Position numbers and translations under genes: made by a program
Notes under the pieces: generated by a model
What the model was told of the DNA's origin: nothing
Database searches by the model: none
Seen by the model: only the letters and a program-made list of their open reading frames with translations
From: an uncultured Myxococcales bacterium
GTDB lineage: Bacteria > Myxococcota_A > UBA9042 > DTJE01
Assembly: GCA_903857665.1 (NCBI GenBank)
Contig: CAIOFV010000084.1
Location: 16,294-80,293 of the forward strand
DNA: 64,000 bases
Reading direction: 5' to 3'
Shown here: positions 53,584-63,199 of the stretch, in pieces
Numbering within the stretch: the first letter of the stretch is position 1
Layout: each line of letters begins with the position of its first letter

Positions 53584-55953
53584 ATGCAGACGGTTCGGAC
53601 GGTTTCGGGGATCGCTGTGACTCTGGCGCTGGCTCTGGGATTGGCGGGCCTCTCCTGCGGGGGGAGTTCCACGACCACCCAGGTCGATATCCTCGGCGAC
53701 AACTCCGGCGCCGATGCCGAAGACGTTCCGTCGGCGGACCAGGGAGACGTGCCGCAGCGCGATGGCGAGGAAGTGACCGAGCCCGACGACCTGCTGACCC
53801 CCGATACCGAAGGGACCGTCGGGGACGCGGGCCCCGACGCGACGGCCGATCTGCCGACCGCGGACGTCCCGGAGGACGTGGTCGCGGACGTCGGCCACCA
53901 GTGTACCGTGGACACCGACTGCAACGACCTGAATGCCTGCACGATCGACCGGTGCGTGAACGGCGCGTGTATCCAGGGGCGCGTGCAGTGCGACGACTTC
54001 GACCCCTGCACGATCGACGTGTGCGACCCCGTGAGCGGCTGCGGCACCCAGCCCATTTCCGGGTGCGTCCCGTACGTCTGCACCACCGACGCCCAGTGCG
54101 ACGACGGCGACCCGTGCTCGGTGGACACGTGCAACAAGACCACCGGGGCGTGCCACCGATCGGGGCTCACCTGTGACGACGGCGACCCCTGCACGATCGA
54201 CAGCTGCACGGCCGGCGTCGGCTGCAAGCACTGGCCGAACGGCGCGTGCAAGAAGTGCGTGATCGATTCCGAGTGCGACGACGGCGACGTCTGCACCACG
54301 GACAAGTGCGTTGGCGGCGCCTGCACCCAGGCCCTGACCGTGTGCGACGACGGCAACGCGTGCACGATGGACCGTTGCGATCCCACGAAGGGATGCAAGG
54401 CGGTGCCGATGCCCGGCTGCGGGCCGTGCACCACCGATACCGATTGCGACGACGGCGACGTGTGCACCAAGAACGACCGCTGTTCGGCCGGCACGTGCCT
54501 CCACGACCCGTTGGTCTGCGACGACGGCAACGATTGCACCCAGGACTACTGCAGCCGCGGCCCGGGCTACCCCTACTGCACGTATCGCCAGATGGACGGC
54601 GCCGCCTGCAACGACGGCGACCCCTGCACCGAAAACGACACCTGCGTGGGCACCCAGTGCACCGGCACCCCGAAGACGTGCAACGACAACGACCCCTGCA
54701 CCTCGGACTACTGCGACCCGACGGCGGGATGCGTGAACAGCCCCCTGACGAACTGCGCCGGCTGCACCACCGACGAGGGCTGCAACGACCAGAACGCCTG
54801 CACGGTGGACACATGCGCCAACGGGGTGTGCGGGTACGCGGTCGTTTCGTGCGATGACGGCGACCCCTGCACCAACGACACGTGCGCTCCGACGTCGGGG
54901 TGCGTGCACGGGGCCATCCCGGACTGCGGCGCCACCTGCACGGTGGACAAGGACTGCGACGACGGGAAGTACTGCACGATGGACAAGTGCAAGTCGGGGA
55001 TCTGCCAACACTCGGCGGTATCCTGCGACGACACCAATTCGTGCACCACGGACACCTGCGTCGAGGGCCCTGGCTACCCCTACTGCACGTATTCGACGGT
55101 TGCCGACGGGACCGCGTGCAACGACGGCAACACCTGCACCACCGGCGACGCGTGCAAGGCGAAGGTCTGCACGGGCACCGCGTTGAACTGCGACGACGGC
55201 GACAAGTGCACCATCGACGCCTGCACCGCCGCGGGCGCCTGCACGCACACGGCCATCCCGAACTGCGGATCCACCACCTGCACGGTCGACGGCGATTGCA
55301 ACGACGGGACGTACTGCACGATCGACAAGTGCACCGCGGGGGCGTGCGCGCATTCGGCGGTGTCCTGCGACGACGGCAACCCCTGCACCACCGACACCTG
55401 CGCCGAGGGACCGACGTTCCCCTACTGCATCTACAAGGCGATCCCGAACTGCGGCACCTCCACCTGCACGGTGGACAAGGATTGCGACGACGGGAAGTAC
55501 TGCACGATCGACAAGTGCGTGTCGGGCGCATGCACGCATGGGGCGGTGTCCTGCGATGACAGGAACGCCTGCACCACGGATACCTGCGTCGAGGGCCCAG
55601 GCTATCCCTACTGCTCGTATGCGAACGTCAAGAACGGGACCGCCTGCACCGACGGCAACGCCTGCACCACCGGCGACGTCTGCGCCTCCGGGAAGTGCGC
55701 GGGCACCGCGATTTCGTGCGACGACGGCAACGCCTGCACGACCGACGCGTGCGACAGCACGACGGGCGCCTGCACGCACACGGCGATCGCGGGCTGCACC
55801 ACCGCGTGCACCACGGGCGCGGACTGCAACGACAACAACACGGCCACGTGCGACTGCTGCTGCGCCCTGGCCGGCGCCGCGGCCACCTGCTACAACGTCA
55901 ACAGCATGGGGATCCCCTGCCCCGCATGCTCCACGATCACCGGCTGCAAGTAG
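53584..55953 (+). CDS. lipoprotein of Myxococcus-type cysteine-rich repeats (789 aa)
   Basis: RBS GGGAGG. Lipobox LGLAGLSCGGSS. Acidic linker. About 45 copies of C.DG(D/N).CT.D.C motif. Ends CPACSTITGCK. Confidence 0.8.
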   Translation: MQTVRTVSGIAVTLALALGLAGLSCGGSSTTTQVDILGDNSGADAEDVPSADQGDVPQRDGEEVTEPDDLLTPDTEGTVGDAGPDATADLPTADVPEDVVADVGHQCTVDTDCNDLNACTIDRCVNGACIQGRVQCDDFDPCTIDVCDPVSGCGTQPISGCVPYVCTTDAQCDDGDPCSVDTCNKTTGACHRSGLTCDDGDPCTIDSCTAGVGCKHWPNGACKKCVIDSECDDGDVCTTDKCVGGACTQALTVCDDGNACTMDRCDPTKGCKAVPMPGCGPCTTDTDCDDGDVCTKNDRCSAGTCLHDPLVCDDGNDCTQDYCSRGPGYPYCTYRQMDGAACNDGDPCTENDTCVGTQCTGTPKTCNDNDPCTSDYCDPTAGCVNSPLTNCAGCTTDEGCNDQNACTVDTCANGVCGYAVVSCDDGDPCTNDTCAPTSGCVHGAIPDCGATCTVDKDCDDGKYCTMDKCKSGICQHSAVSCDDTNSCTTDTCVEGPGYPYCTYSTVADGTACNDGNTCTTGDACKAKVCTGTALNCDDGDKCTIDACTAAGACTHTAIPNCGSTTCTVDGDCNDGTYCTIDKCTAGACAHSAVSCDDGNPCTTDTCAEGPTFPYCIYKAIPNCGTSTCTVDKDCDDGKYCTIDKCVSGACTHGAVSCDDRNACTTDTCVEGPGYPYCSYANVKNGTACTDGNACTTGDVCASGKCAGTAISCDDGNACTTDACDSTTGACTHTAIAGCTTACTTGADCNDNNTATCDCCCALAGAAATCYNVNSMGIPCPACSTITGCK

Positions 55954-56033
55954 GTCCCGAAAAGACGACCGCGCTCGGGTTTGCCTTCCTCCACGTGCAG
56001 TGGCACGATCGGCCCGCCTTGCAGGAGGAATCG

Positions 56034-56522
56034 ATGCAGAAGGTATCCTACGAACATCTGGTCCCGGCGCCGATTGCCAAGGTCCTGGAAGCGTATGCCC
56101 AGGACGACTTCTACATCCTCAAGCTGAAGAACTCGGGCGCGACGACCGTCGAGGTCCTCGAGCGCGAGGAGCAGCCCGGGAACAAGCTGCGCCGCAAGTG
56201 CCGCGCCACGGAACCGTCGCGCGTGCCGGCGATGCTGCGGAAGTCCGATACGGACACGTACGTGGACGACAACGTGCTGGACCGCGACCGGAACGTCATG
56301 ACCTGGAAGGTCACGCCGAACATGATGGCGGACAAGTTCCTTCTGTCCGGGTCGGTCGAATTCCTCGCTGTCGGCTCCCAGACCAAGGTCGTGTTCAACA
56401 CGCAACTGGAAGTGAAGATCCCGCTGATCGGCAGCAAGGCCGAAAAGATCGGGCTGGAAAAGACCTCCGAGGAAGTGGCCCGGCAGGCCGCCTTCCTGAA
56501 GGACTGGGTCGCGAAGCACTGA
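56034..56522 (+). CDS. DUF2505/SRPBCC-like small protein
   Basis: RBS GGAGG-6-ATG. 162 aa. Sequence recalls DUF2505. Clean coding frame. Confidence 0.6.
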   Translation: MQKVSYEHLVPAPIAKVLEAYAQDDFYILKLKNSGATTVEVLEREEQPGNKLRRKCRATEPSRVPAMLRKSDTDTYVDDNVLDRDRNVMTWKVTPNMMADKFLLSGSVEFLAVGSQTKVVFNTQLEVKIPLIGSKAEKIGLEKTSEEVARQAAFLKDWVAKH

Positions 56523-56662
56523 CGCCGGGTCCGACCGAGCCGCCCGATCCGATCGTCGGGCGCGGCGATTTTCCACCTGCACGACACCCTTCCGGCAGCC
56601 CCGGTCTCTGCTATCCTACGGTCCGGTCCTGCGGTCGTGAACGACTTCCAGCGAGGTGGACC

Positions 56663-58324
56663 ATGCGCGAGGTCACGGGCCATTGTCCTTCCTGCCACGC
56701 CGAGGGCCCGGTGGGACAGCCCTGCGGCGAGAACCCGTGCCAGCGGCGCGGCTACCACTTCATCCCCGAAGAGTCCTTCACGAAGGTCCGGGAACTGCCG
56801 GCCGCGAGGATCGACCCGCGCATCGGCCAGTGCATCGGCGAGTATCTGGTCGTGGACGTGCTGGGCGCCGGCGGCTTCGGCAAGGTGTACCTGGTCCTGC
56901 AACTTCCCATCCTGATGAAGGCCGCCCTGAAGGTCATGGAGCGCCCCGAGCAGGATCCGGAACTGCTGGCCGCGCTGGCGAAGCGCTTCGAAGGCGAGGC
57001 GGCGGCGCTGGCCACGCTGACCCATCCGAACATCGTCCGGTTGCTGAAGTACGGCGTGCACGAGGGCGTGCCCTTCCTGGTGATGGAGTTCGTCGAGGGC
57101 AACCGGACCCTGCGCAACGAGATGCAGACGGGGGCCCTGCAGAGCGGCCACATGGACCCGAAGGTGACGGTCCACGTGCTGCGGCAGATCCTCAACGCGC
57201 TGGACGCGGCCCACCAGCGTGGCATCGTGCACCGGGACGTGAAGCCCGAAAACGTGATGCTGCAGGAGATCTCGGGGGACCCGTGGTTCGTCAAGGTGCT
57301 GGACTTCGGGCTGGCCAAGTTCGTCGAGGAGCGCAGCGAGACCAGCCTGATGGTCGGCACCCCGGCCTACATGGCGCCCGAGCAGATCACGCGGCGGAAC
57401 ATCGGCCCGTGGACCGACCTGTACGCGGTGGGCGTGCTGGCGTTCCGGCTGATCACCGGGCGCCTGCCGTTCCAGGGGGACTCGACCCAGGAAACGTACG
57501 CGATGAAGCTGGACGCGTCGTACGACCCCCTGTGCCAGGCGGCGAACAACAACCTTTCGCCCCTGCTGGTGGGCTTCCTGCGGCAGTCCCTGGCCCGGGA
57601 CCCGGAATCGCGCTTCCGCACCGCGGCCGCGTGCCGAAAGGCCTTCGACGCCGTCGCGGACACGGTGGGCCAGGACTACGCGGGCCCCTCGTCGTTCGAT
57701 GACGCCGTGGCGGAGGCCGCACGGGAGCCCGCGCCCCGGCCCGAACGCCGGAAGACCGCCCGGGACACGCACCAGGGCCACTCCATGACCGAGGAGGTCC
57801 GGCGCGTGGGCGACGAGGCCTTCGCGCAGATGGGTTCCTCCTCGGTCGTCTCGACGGAGGCGCGCCGGATCACGGCACCCCAGCCCGTTCGGGATCGGCG
57901 TCCGAAGCGGCGGCTGGTCGGGGCGTTCGAACTGACCCTCCTGGTGCTGGCGGGCCTGGCCGTGGGCATCTACATGGCGCAGTATGGCCCGACGACCGCG
58001 CCGATCCGGCAGTGGCTGGCCCGGGCGGAGGCCTACATGGACCGCGAGGTGCCCGTCGCCTCCAGCAATCCGGGCGCGGTTCTGCCCCCCCCCGAGAAGC
58101 GCGCCGCGATCGTCCACCTCGTCACGACGCCGCCAGCGGCCAGTTTCCACAACGAGGACACGGGCGACGAGCTGGGCGAAACCCCCTCGGACATCCTGAT
58201 TCCCCCCGGCGGCACGCTGCGGATCCACGTCCTGAAAAAGGGCTACAAGGACCAGGTCTTCACGTTGACGCATGCCGATGCGCTGCACCAGCCCGAGCTG
58301 CCGATCCGACTGGTCCGGGAGTGA
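56663..58324 (+). CDS. Hanks-type Ser/Thr protein kinase with N-terminal Cys4 zinc-ribbon-like motif, TM segment and C-terminal PEGA domain
   Basis: GxGGFGKVY, HRDVKPENVML, DFGLAK, GTPAYMAPE. N-terminus HCPSCHAEG...CGENPC. C-terminus ...PPGGTLRIHVLKKGYKDQVFTL (PEGA-like). Confidence 0.85.
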   Translation: MREVTGHCPSCHAEGPVGQPCGENPCQRRGYHFIPEESFTKVRELPAARIDPRIGQCIGEYLVVDVLGAGGFGKVYLVLQLPILMKAALKVMERPEQDPELLAALAKRFEGEAAALATLTHPNIVRLLKYGVHEGVPFLVMEFVEGNRTLRNEMQTGALQSGHMDPKVTVHVLRQILNALDAAHQRGIVHRDVKPENVMLQEISGDPWFVKVLDFGLAKFVEERSETSLMVGTPAYMAPEQITRRNIGPWTDLYAVGVLAFRLITGRLPFQGDSTQETYAMKLDASYDPLCQAANNNLSPLLVGFLRQSLARDPESRFRTAAACRKAFDAVADTVGQDYAGPSSFDDAVAEAAREPAPRPERRKTARDTHQGHSMTEEVRRVGDEAFAQMGSSSVVSTEARRITAPQPVRDRRPKRRLVGAFELTLLVLAGLAVGIYMAQYGPTTAPIRQWLARAEAYMDREVPVASSNPGAVLPPPEKRAAIVHLVTTPPAASFHNEDTGDELGETPSDILIPPGGTLRIHVLKKGYKDQVFTLTHADALHQPELPIRLVRE

Positions 58325-58457
58325 CCCCCCCCGATCCGCCTTTCTCCCGTCACCACACGCCCTGACGCTCGTTCTGCGTGGCAACGGCCCCGGAATTCTG
58401 GTACGAGAGGCCCGGGCTCGCTTTGCATAAGAGGAGCGGGCTTCGAGGAGGGGCATC

Positions 58458-59570
58458 ATGGCCGAGAACCAGTGGAGCATCCCGTTCGACGTGATGGAGC
58501 GGTTCATGAAGGACGCGCTCGTTTCGGTGGGCGTCCCCCCCGATGACGCGGCCGTCTGCGCCGACGTCCTCATCACGTCCGACAAGCGGGGCATCGACTC
58601 GCACGGAGTGGGTCGCCTGAAGCCGATCTATGTCGATCGCATCCAGGCGGGCATCCAGTTCCCGGTGACGCAGTTCGAAATCGTGAAGGAAACCGAAACC
58701 ACCGCGGTCATCGACGGCCATGACGGGATGGGCCACGTGATCGGCCGGCGCGCGATGCAGATGGCCATCGACAAGGCGAAACGATACGGCATGGGCGGCG
58801 TCGCGGTGCGCAACTCGACGCATTACGGCATCGCGGGCTACTACGCGCTGATGGCCTGCGAGGCCGGCCAGATCGGCATCTCGGGGACCAACGCCCGGCC
58901 GTCCATCGCGCCGACCTTCGGCGTCGAAAACATGCTGGGCACCAACCCGTTGACGATCGGGTGCCCGACCGACGAGGCGTTCCCGTTCGTCATCGACTGC
59001 GCCACGTCGATCACCCAGCGCGGGAAGATCGAGGTGTACGAGCGCATCGGGAAGCAGATGCCCGAGGGCTGGGTCATCGGCGAGGACGGTACCAGCAAGA
59101 CGGACCCGCACACGGTCCTGAAGGAGTTGGTGGCGGGCACGGCCGCGTTGGCGCCCCTGGGCGGCATCGGCGAGGAGACGGCCGGCTACAAGGGCTACGG
59201 GTACGCCACGGCGGTGGAAATCCTGTCGGCGGCGCTGCAGAAGGGGAGTTTCCTGAAGTCCCTGCTGGGCTACGAGGACGGCAAGAAGGTCCCCTACCAC
59301 CTGGGTCACTTCTTCTTCGCGATCGACATCGAGCACTTCGTGCCGCTGCCCGTGTTCAAGGGCATCGCGGGCACCATCCTCCGGGACCTGCGGGCGTCGC
59401 GGAAGGCCCCCGGCGAAGAGCGCATCTACACCGCGGGCGAAAAGGAGCACCTGGCGTGGCTGGAGCGAAAGGACAGCGGCGTTCCGATCAACGAATCGCT
59501 GCGCCTGGACTGCGACGCGTTGCGGAAGGGCCTGGGCCTGTCGCAGTACCGGTTCCCGTGGGACGTGTAG
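58458..59570 (+). CDS. Ldh_2 family malate/L-lactate (or sulfolactate) dehydrogenase
   Basis: Family similarity across 370 aa (GIDSHGVGRL..., NSTHYGIAGYY, GTNPLTIG). Confidence 0.8.
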   Translation: MAENQWSIPFDVMERFMKDALVSVGVPPDDAAVCADVLITSDKRGIDSHGVGRLKPIYVDRIQAGIQFPVTQFEIVKETETTAVIDGHDGMGHVIGRRAMQMAIDKAKRYGMGGVAVRNSTHYGIAGYYALMACEAGQIGISGTNARPSIAPTFGVENMLGTNPLTIGCPTDEAFPFVIDCATSITQRGKIEVYERIGKQMPEGWVIGEDGTSKTDPHTVLKELVAGTAALAPLGGIGEETAGYKGYGYATAVEILSAALQKGSFLKSLLGYEDGKKVPYHLGHFFFAIDIEHFVPLPVFKGIAGTILRDLRASRKAPGEERIYTAGEKEHLAWLERKDSGVPINESLRLDCDALRKGLGLSQYRFPWDV

Positions 59571-59609
59571 GCATGTCGGAGCCGGGACGGGCCCCTGCGG
59601 GAAGTTGAT

Positions 59610-61220
59610 CTAGGGGACGCAGTTCCCGAAGGCGTCGCACTTCGTGCCGCCGTTTTCGGTGCAGGGCGTGCCCGGCTGCAGCGGCGGATTCGACGCGACG
59701 CCATCCACGCACACGTTCGCCGTGCACTGCTTGCCGTCATCCGGCACATCGGTGTCGTCGATCAGCAGGCTGGTCCCGCCCTTCCCGTTGCAGATGATCG
59801 TCTTGCAGTCCCCCGGGGCCTGCGTCAGGGGCACCTTGCCGAAATCGGCGACGGTGGTCCCGCAGACGTTCGTGGCATCGCAGGTGCGCGACGTGCATTC
59901 GTCGTCGTTGCCGGGGCAGTCGGTGGGCAGGATGCACTGGACGCACAGGCTGGCGGAACAGTGGGCCGAGGCGCAGTCCCCGTCCTTGTGGCAGGCCAGG
60001 CCGATGTCGCAACCGGGGCACGTCAGGCCGCCACAGTCCTGGGCCGTCTCGTCGCCGTTCTGCACGAGGTCGGTGCACGCCGGCGCCAGGCAGACCGTGC
60101 CGTCGCAGGACCTGGTGGTGCAGTCCGCCGCCGACTTGCAGCCCTCGCCCGCCGGGCACTTGCCGCACGACCCACCGCAGTCCTTCCCGGTTTCATTGCC
60201 GTTCTTCTTGCCGTCGCCGCAGGAGGCCGGACCACACTTCCCGCCCGTGCACACCAGTGACGGGCAATCGTCGTCCACCAGGCAGCCCACGCACGCGCCG
60301 GTGGAATCGCAGACCTTTCCGCCGGTGGTGCAGGCGGTGCCGGTTTCGAGGATCGTGTGCTTGGGCGTGCCCGCGTCGCACTGGTCCACCGTGCAATCGT
60401 TCTTGTCGTCCGGAAGGTCGGTGTCGTCGTTTTCCTGCTGGGTCGTCTGGTCGGCCAGGCAGAGGATCTTCTTGCAGTCCCCGATGGCCTGGTGGGTGGC
60501 CGGGTCGCCGGCGGCGATGATCGAATGGCCGCAGACCCCGTTGGTGCAGGTCCGGACCTTGCAAGGCTGATCGTCGCCGGGGCAGTCGCTGACGCTTGCG
60601 CAGGACATGCAGTGGGTGCTGACGCATCGGCCCGACGCACAGTCGAGCGGGCCGTTGCAGAGGAAGTTGTTGGCGCAGGGCAGGCACTTGTCCCCGCCGC
60701 AATCGATGTCCGACTCGTTGCCGTTCTTGTGGAGATCCTCGCAGGTGGCCGCCAGGCAGGTGCCCAGCACGCACACGCCCGACAGACAGTCGGACATCGC
60801 GACGCACTTCTTGTCGGCCGCGCACGGCGGACAGGTGTTGCCACAGTCGATGTCCGTTTCGGAGGGTCCCAGGAGGCCGTCGCCGCAGGTCGAAACGTTG
60901 CACATGCCCTTGACGCACCAGGTGGTCGCGCAATCCTCGGCAACCGCGCACTTCTGCTGGTAGGTGCAGCCCGCGCAGGACCCCCCGCAGTCGCGGTCGG
61001 TTTCGTCCTCGTCCTGATAGCCGTTCACGCAGTGGGCCGGAAGGACGTCCGGGGACGTTCCGGGATCCGATGCCGGGACATCCTCGACGACCGGCAGGTC
61101 GCCCACGTCGCCGCCGGGGCCGACGGAGTCCCCGCCGGCACTCGTCCCGCCGCACCCGAACGCCGCGACGGCGATCACCGCAACCACCCCGATCCGCACG
61201 AATGAAACACCGTGACGCAT
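59610..61220 (-). CDS. Cys-rich repeat lipoprotein (536 aa)
   Basis: Lipobox VAAFGCGG. Repeated modules C..G..NG.E(T/S)D.DCGG.C..C...C....DC.S..C. Confidence 0.75.
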   Translation of the reverse strand: MRHGVSFVRIGVVAVIAVAAFGCGGTSAGGDSVGPGGDVGDLPVVEDVPASDPGTSPDVLPAHCVNGYQDEDETDRDCGGSCAGCTYQQKCAVAEDCATTWCVKGMCNVSTCGDGLLGPSETDIDCGNTCPPCAADKKCVAMSDCLSGVCVLGTCLAATCEDLHKNGNESDIDCGGDKCLPCANNFLCNGPLDCASGRCVSTHCMSCASVSDCPGDDQPCKVRTCTNGVCGHSIIAAGDPATHQAIGDCKKILCLADQTTQQENDDTDLPDDKNDCTVDQCDAGTPKHTILETGTACTTGGKVCDSTGACVGCLVDDDCPSLVCTGGKCGPASCGDGKKNGNETGKDCGGSCGKCPAGEGCKSAADCTTRSCDGTVCLAPACTDLVQNGDETAQDCGGLTCPGCDIGLACHKDGDCASAHCSASLCVQCILPTDCPGNDDECTSRTCDATNVCGTTVADFGKVPLTQAPGDCKTIICNGKGGTSLLIDDTDVPDDGKQCTANVCVDGVASNPPLQPGTPCTENGGTKCDAFGNCVP

Positions 61221-61375
61221 GACTGCCTCCCTGCCGACCCGTGGACGGGCGGTATCCTACCACTTGTCAACGGGCGGGTCGCAACCCCTCGATAGCGCCC
61301 CCTCGATTTCGCGCTGGCCGCTGGCCCTGAACACGGATAGGATCGGCCCCATCACTTCTGGTTCCTGGAGGAATC

Positions 61376-62812
61376 GTGAGGACGCTCGCATCCGTCGCGA
61401 CCCTGGTGTGCCTCTGGAACGCCGTGGCATCCGCCCAGGTGCCTGCCCCGGCGACCGACGCGCCGGCGCCCGCATCGGCCGCGACGGTGGCGGCTCCGGT
61501 CCCGCCACCACCCGCACCCGTTCCGGCGCCCGTGCAGGACGTCGTGCGCCTGGTGCCTTCCCCGGTCACCCCGCCGCCCGACGACACGATGCACCTGCAG
61601 GAGCCCTTCACCTTCGCCTTCAAGAACGGCGTCACCCTGAAGCTCTATGGCAAGCTGGAACTGCTGGCGTACTTCGACACCACCACGCCCTACATCAGCG
61701 ACTGGCTGGCCTGGGTCGAGCCGAAGGGCACGATCAACGGCGACCAGCATTCGTTCAGCATGTCGGTCCGCGGCTCGCCCGTCGGCATCCACATGAACTG
61801 GCCGAAGGTCGCCGGCGACATGGCCTTGAACGCGCGTGTCGAGGTCGACTTCGTGGGCGGCTTCGTGACGGGTGGCAGCAGCGCCTACTCGCCCCTGATG
61901 CGCCTGAAGCAGGCGTGGGTCAGCCTGGACGGCAAGCACGTCACGATCCTGGCCGGGCAGCACTTCGGCGTGTTCGGGCCGCTGTTCCCCGACACGGCGA
62001 ACTGGATCGCGCTGGGCACCTCGGGCAACCCGTGGATCCGCCTGCCCCAGGTGCGCCTGACGGTGCGCGGCGCGGGACTCCAGTGGGACGTCAGCGCGAA
62101 CCGCCCCATGGGGTCGAACGAGGTGCTGACCGACACGGTCAACGACATGATCAGCGACGGCGAATGGAGCGCCATCCCGTTCTTCATGTCCCGGCTGGGG
62201 GGCCAGCACGACCTGGGCGCCGGTGTGGGGCTGGGCTGGGGAGTGTCGGGCGTCTGGGGCCGGGAGAAGGTCCGGCGCGCGCTGGACCCGGCGACCGGCA
62301 AGATCCTGGCGCGCGGCGAAACGGGGGAGATGCACTCGAAGAACGCCGACGTGTGGCTGGCCGACGTGGACCTCAAACTGACCACGAAGTACCTGGACGT
62401 GATGGGCGAGTTCTTCGCCGGCGCCAACGTGAACACCTTCTTCGCGGGGATCCTGCAGGGCGTGGCGATCACCGCGACCGCGGCGAAGGACGGCAATCCC
62501 GCGACGTACAACGTGAAGTCGATCCGCACGATGGGCGGCTGGGGGCAGATCACCGCGAAGCCGACGCGGGACCTCCGGCTGTATGCCGGCGCGGGCATCG
62601 ACCATCCGTACGCTTCGGACCTGGCGCCGATCTACAACGCGAAGGCGCCGCCGCGCCTGTACAACCTGTCCGCGTACGGCGCGGCCCACTACGCGATCGG
62701 CGGGATGTGGCGGGTGGGGCTTGAGGTTTCCTACACCCGCACCCAGTACCTGAAGGACGCCGGCAACAACTACAACATCCGCACCCTGGCCCGGACGTCC
62801 TGGTCCTTCTGA
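61376..62812 (+). CDS. outer-membrane beta-barrel (porin-like) protein
   Basis: GTG start after GGAGG. Signal peptide ...AVASAQV. Pro-rich linker. Beta-strand periodicity. C-terminal ...RTSWSF. Confidence 0.7.
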   Translation: MRTLASVATLVCLWNAVASAQVPAPATDAPAPASAATVAAPVPPPPAPVPAPVQDVVRLVPSPVTPPPDDTMHLQEPFTFAFKNGVTLKLYGKLELLAYFDTTTPYISDWLAWVEPKGTINGDQHSFSMSVRGSPVGIHMNWPKVAGDMALNARVEVDFVGGFVTGGSSAYSPLMRLKQAWVSLDGKHVTILAGQHFGVFGPLFPDTANWIALGTSGNPWIRLPQVRLTVRGAGLQWDVSANRPMGSNEVLTDTVNDMISDGEWSAIPFFMSRLGGQHDLGAGVGLGWGVSGVWGREKVRRALDPATGKILARGETGEMHSKNADVWLADVDLKLTTKYLDVMGEFFAGANVNTFFAGILQGVAITATAAKDGNPATYNVKSIRTMGGWGQITAKPTRDLRLYAGAGIDHPYASDLAPIYNAKAPPRLYNLSAYGAAHYAIGGMWRVGLEVSYTRTQYLKDAGNNYNIRTLARTSWSF

Positions 62813-62854
62813 CGGACGGCCCGGGCACGCAGGCGCATCCGGAGAGGCCCGATC

Positions 62855-63133
62855 GTGGACGACGACCGCGTTCCCCAGAGTCGGCGAGCCCGCAAGCACG
62901 CCGTCAACGAGGGTGTTCGCCGCCTGCTGGACACGCCCGGCTGGAACCCCTACCTGCGCGCCGCCCCGGGCCTCGATCCCGCAGCCCGGGCACGCGAGGC
63001 CCTCCGGCAGGTCCTCGTGGAGCGGGCCGAGGATGCCGCGAAGGCCTGCCCTGACTGCGCGGCGGCCCGGCACGGGTCCGGCGATCCCAGCGACCTGTGC
63101 CCGAAGCACCTCGCCGAGGCGATGGGCCTGTAA
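62855..63133 (+). CDS. small hypothetical protein with CPDC...CPKH motif
   Basis: GTG start 8 nt after GGAGAGG. High GC3. 92 aa. No family recognised. Confidence 0.35.
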   Translation: MDDDRVPQSRRARKHAVNEGVRRLLDTPGWNPYLRAAPGLDPAARAREALRQVLVERAEDAAKACPDCAAARHGSGDPSDLCPKHLAEAMGL

Positions 63134-63199
63134 TCGACACGGCATTGGCAACCTTCGCAGGTCCTTGGTAGATTCCATGACGCCGCGGATGGGTGCGCG

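Noticed and set aside
53224-55779. 851-aa minus-strand ORF
   Set aside because: Antisense shadow of the 789-aa Cys-repeat lipoprotein, which has RBS, lipobox and repeat signature.
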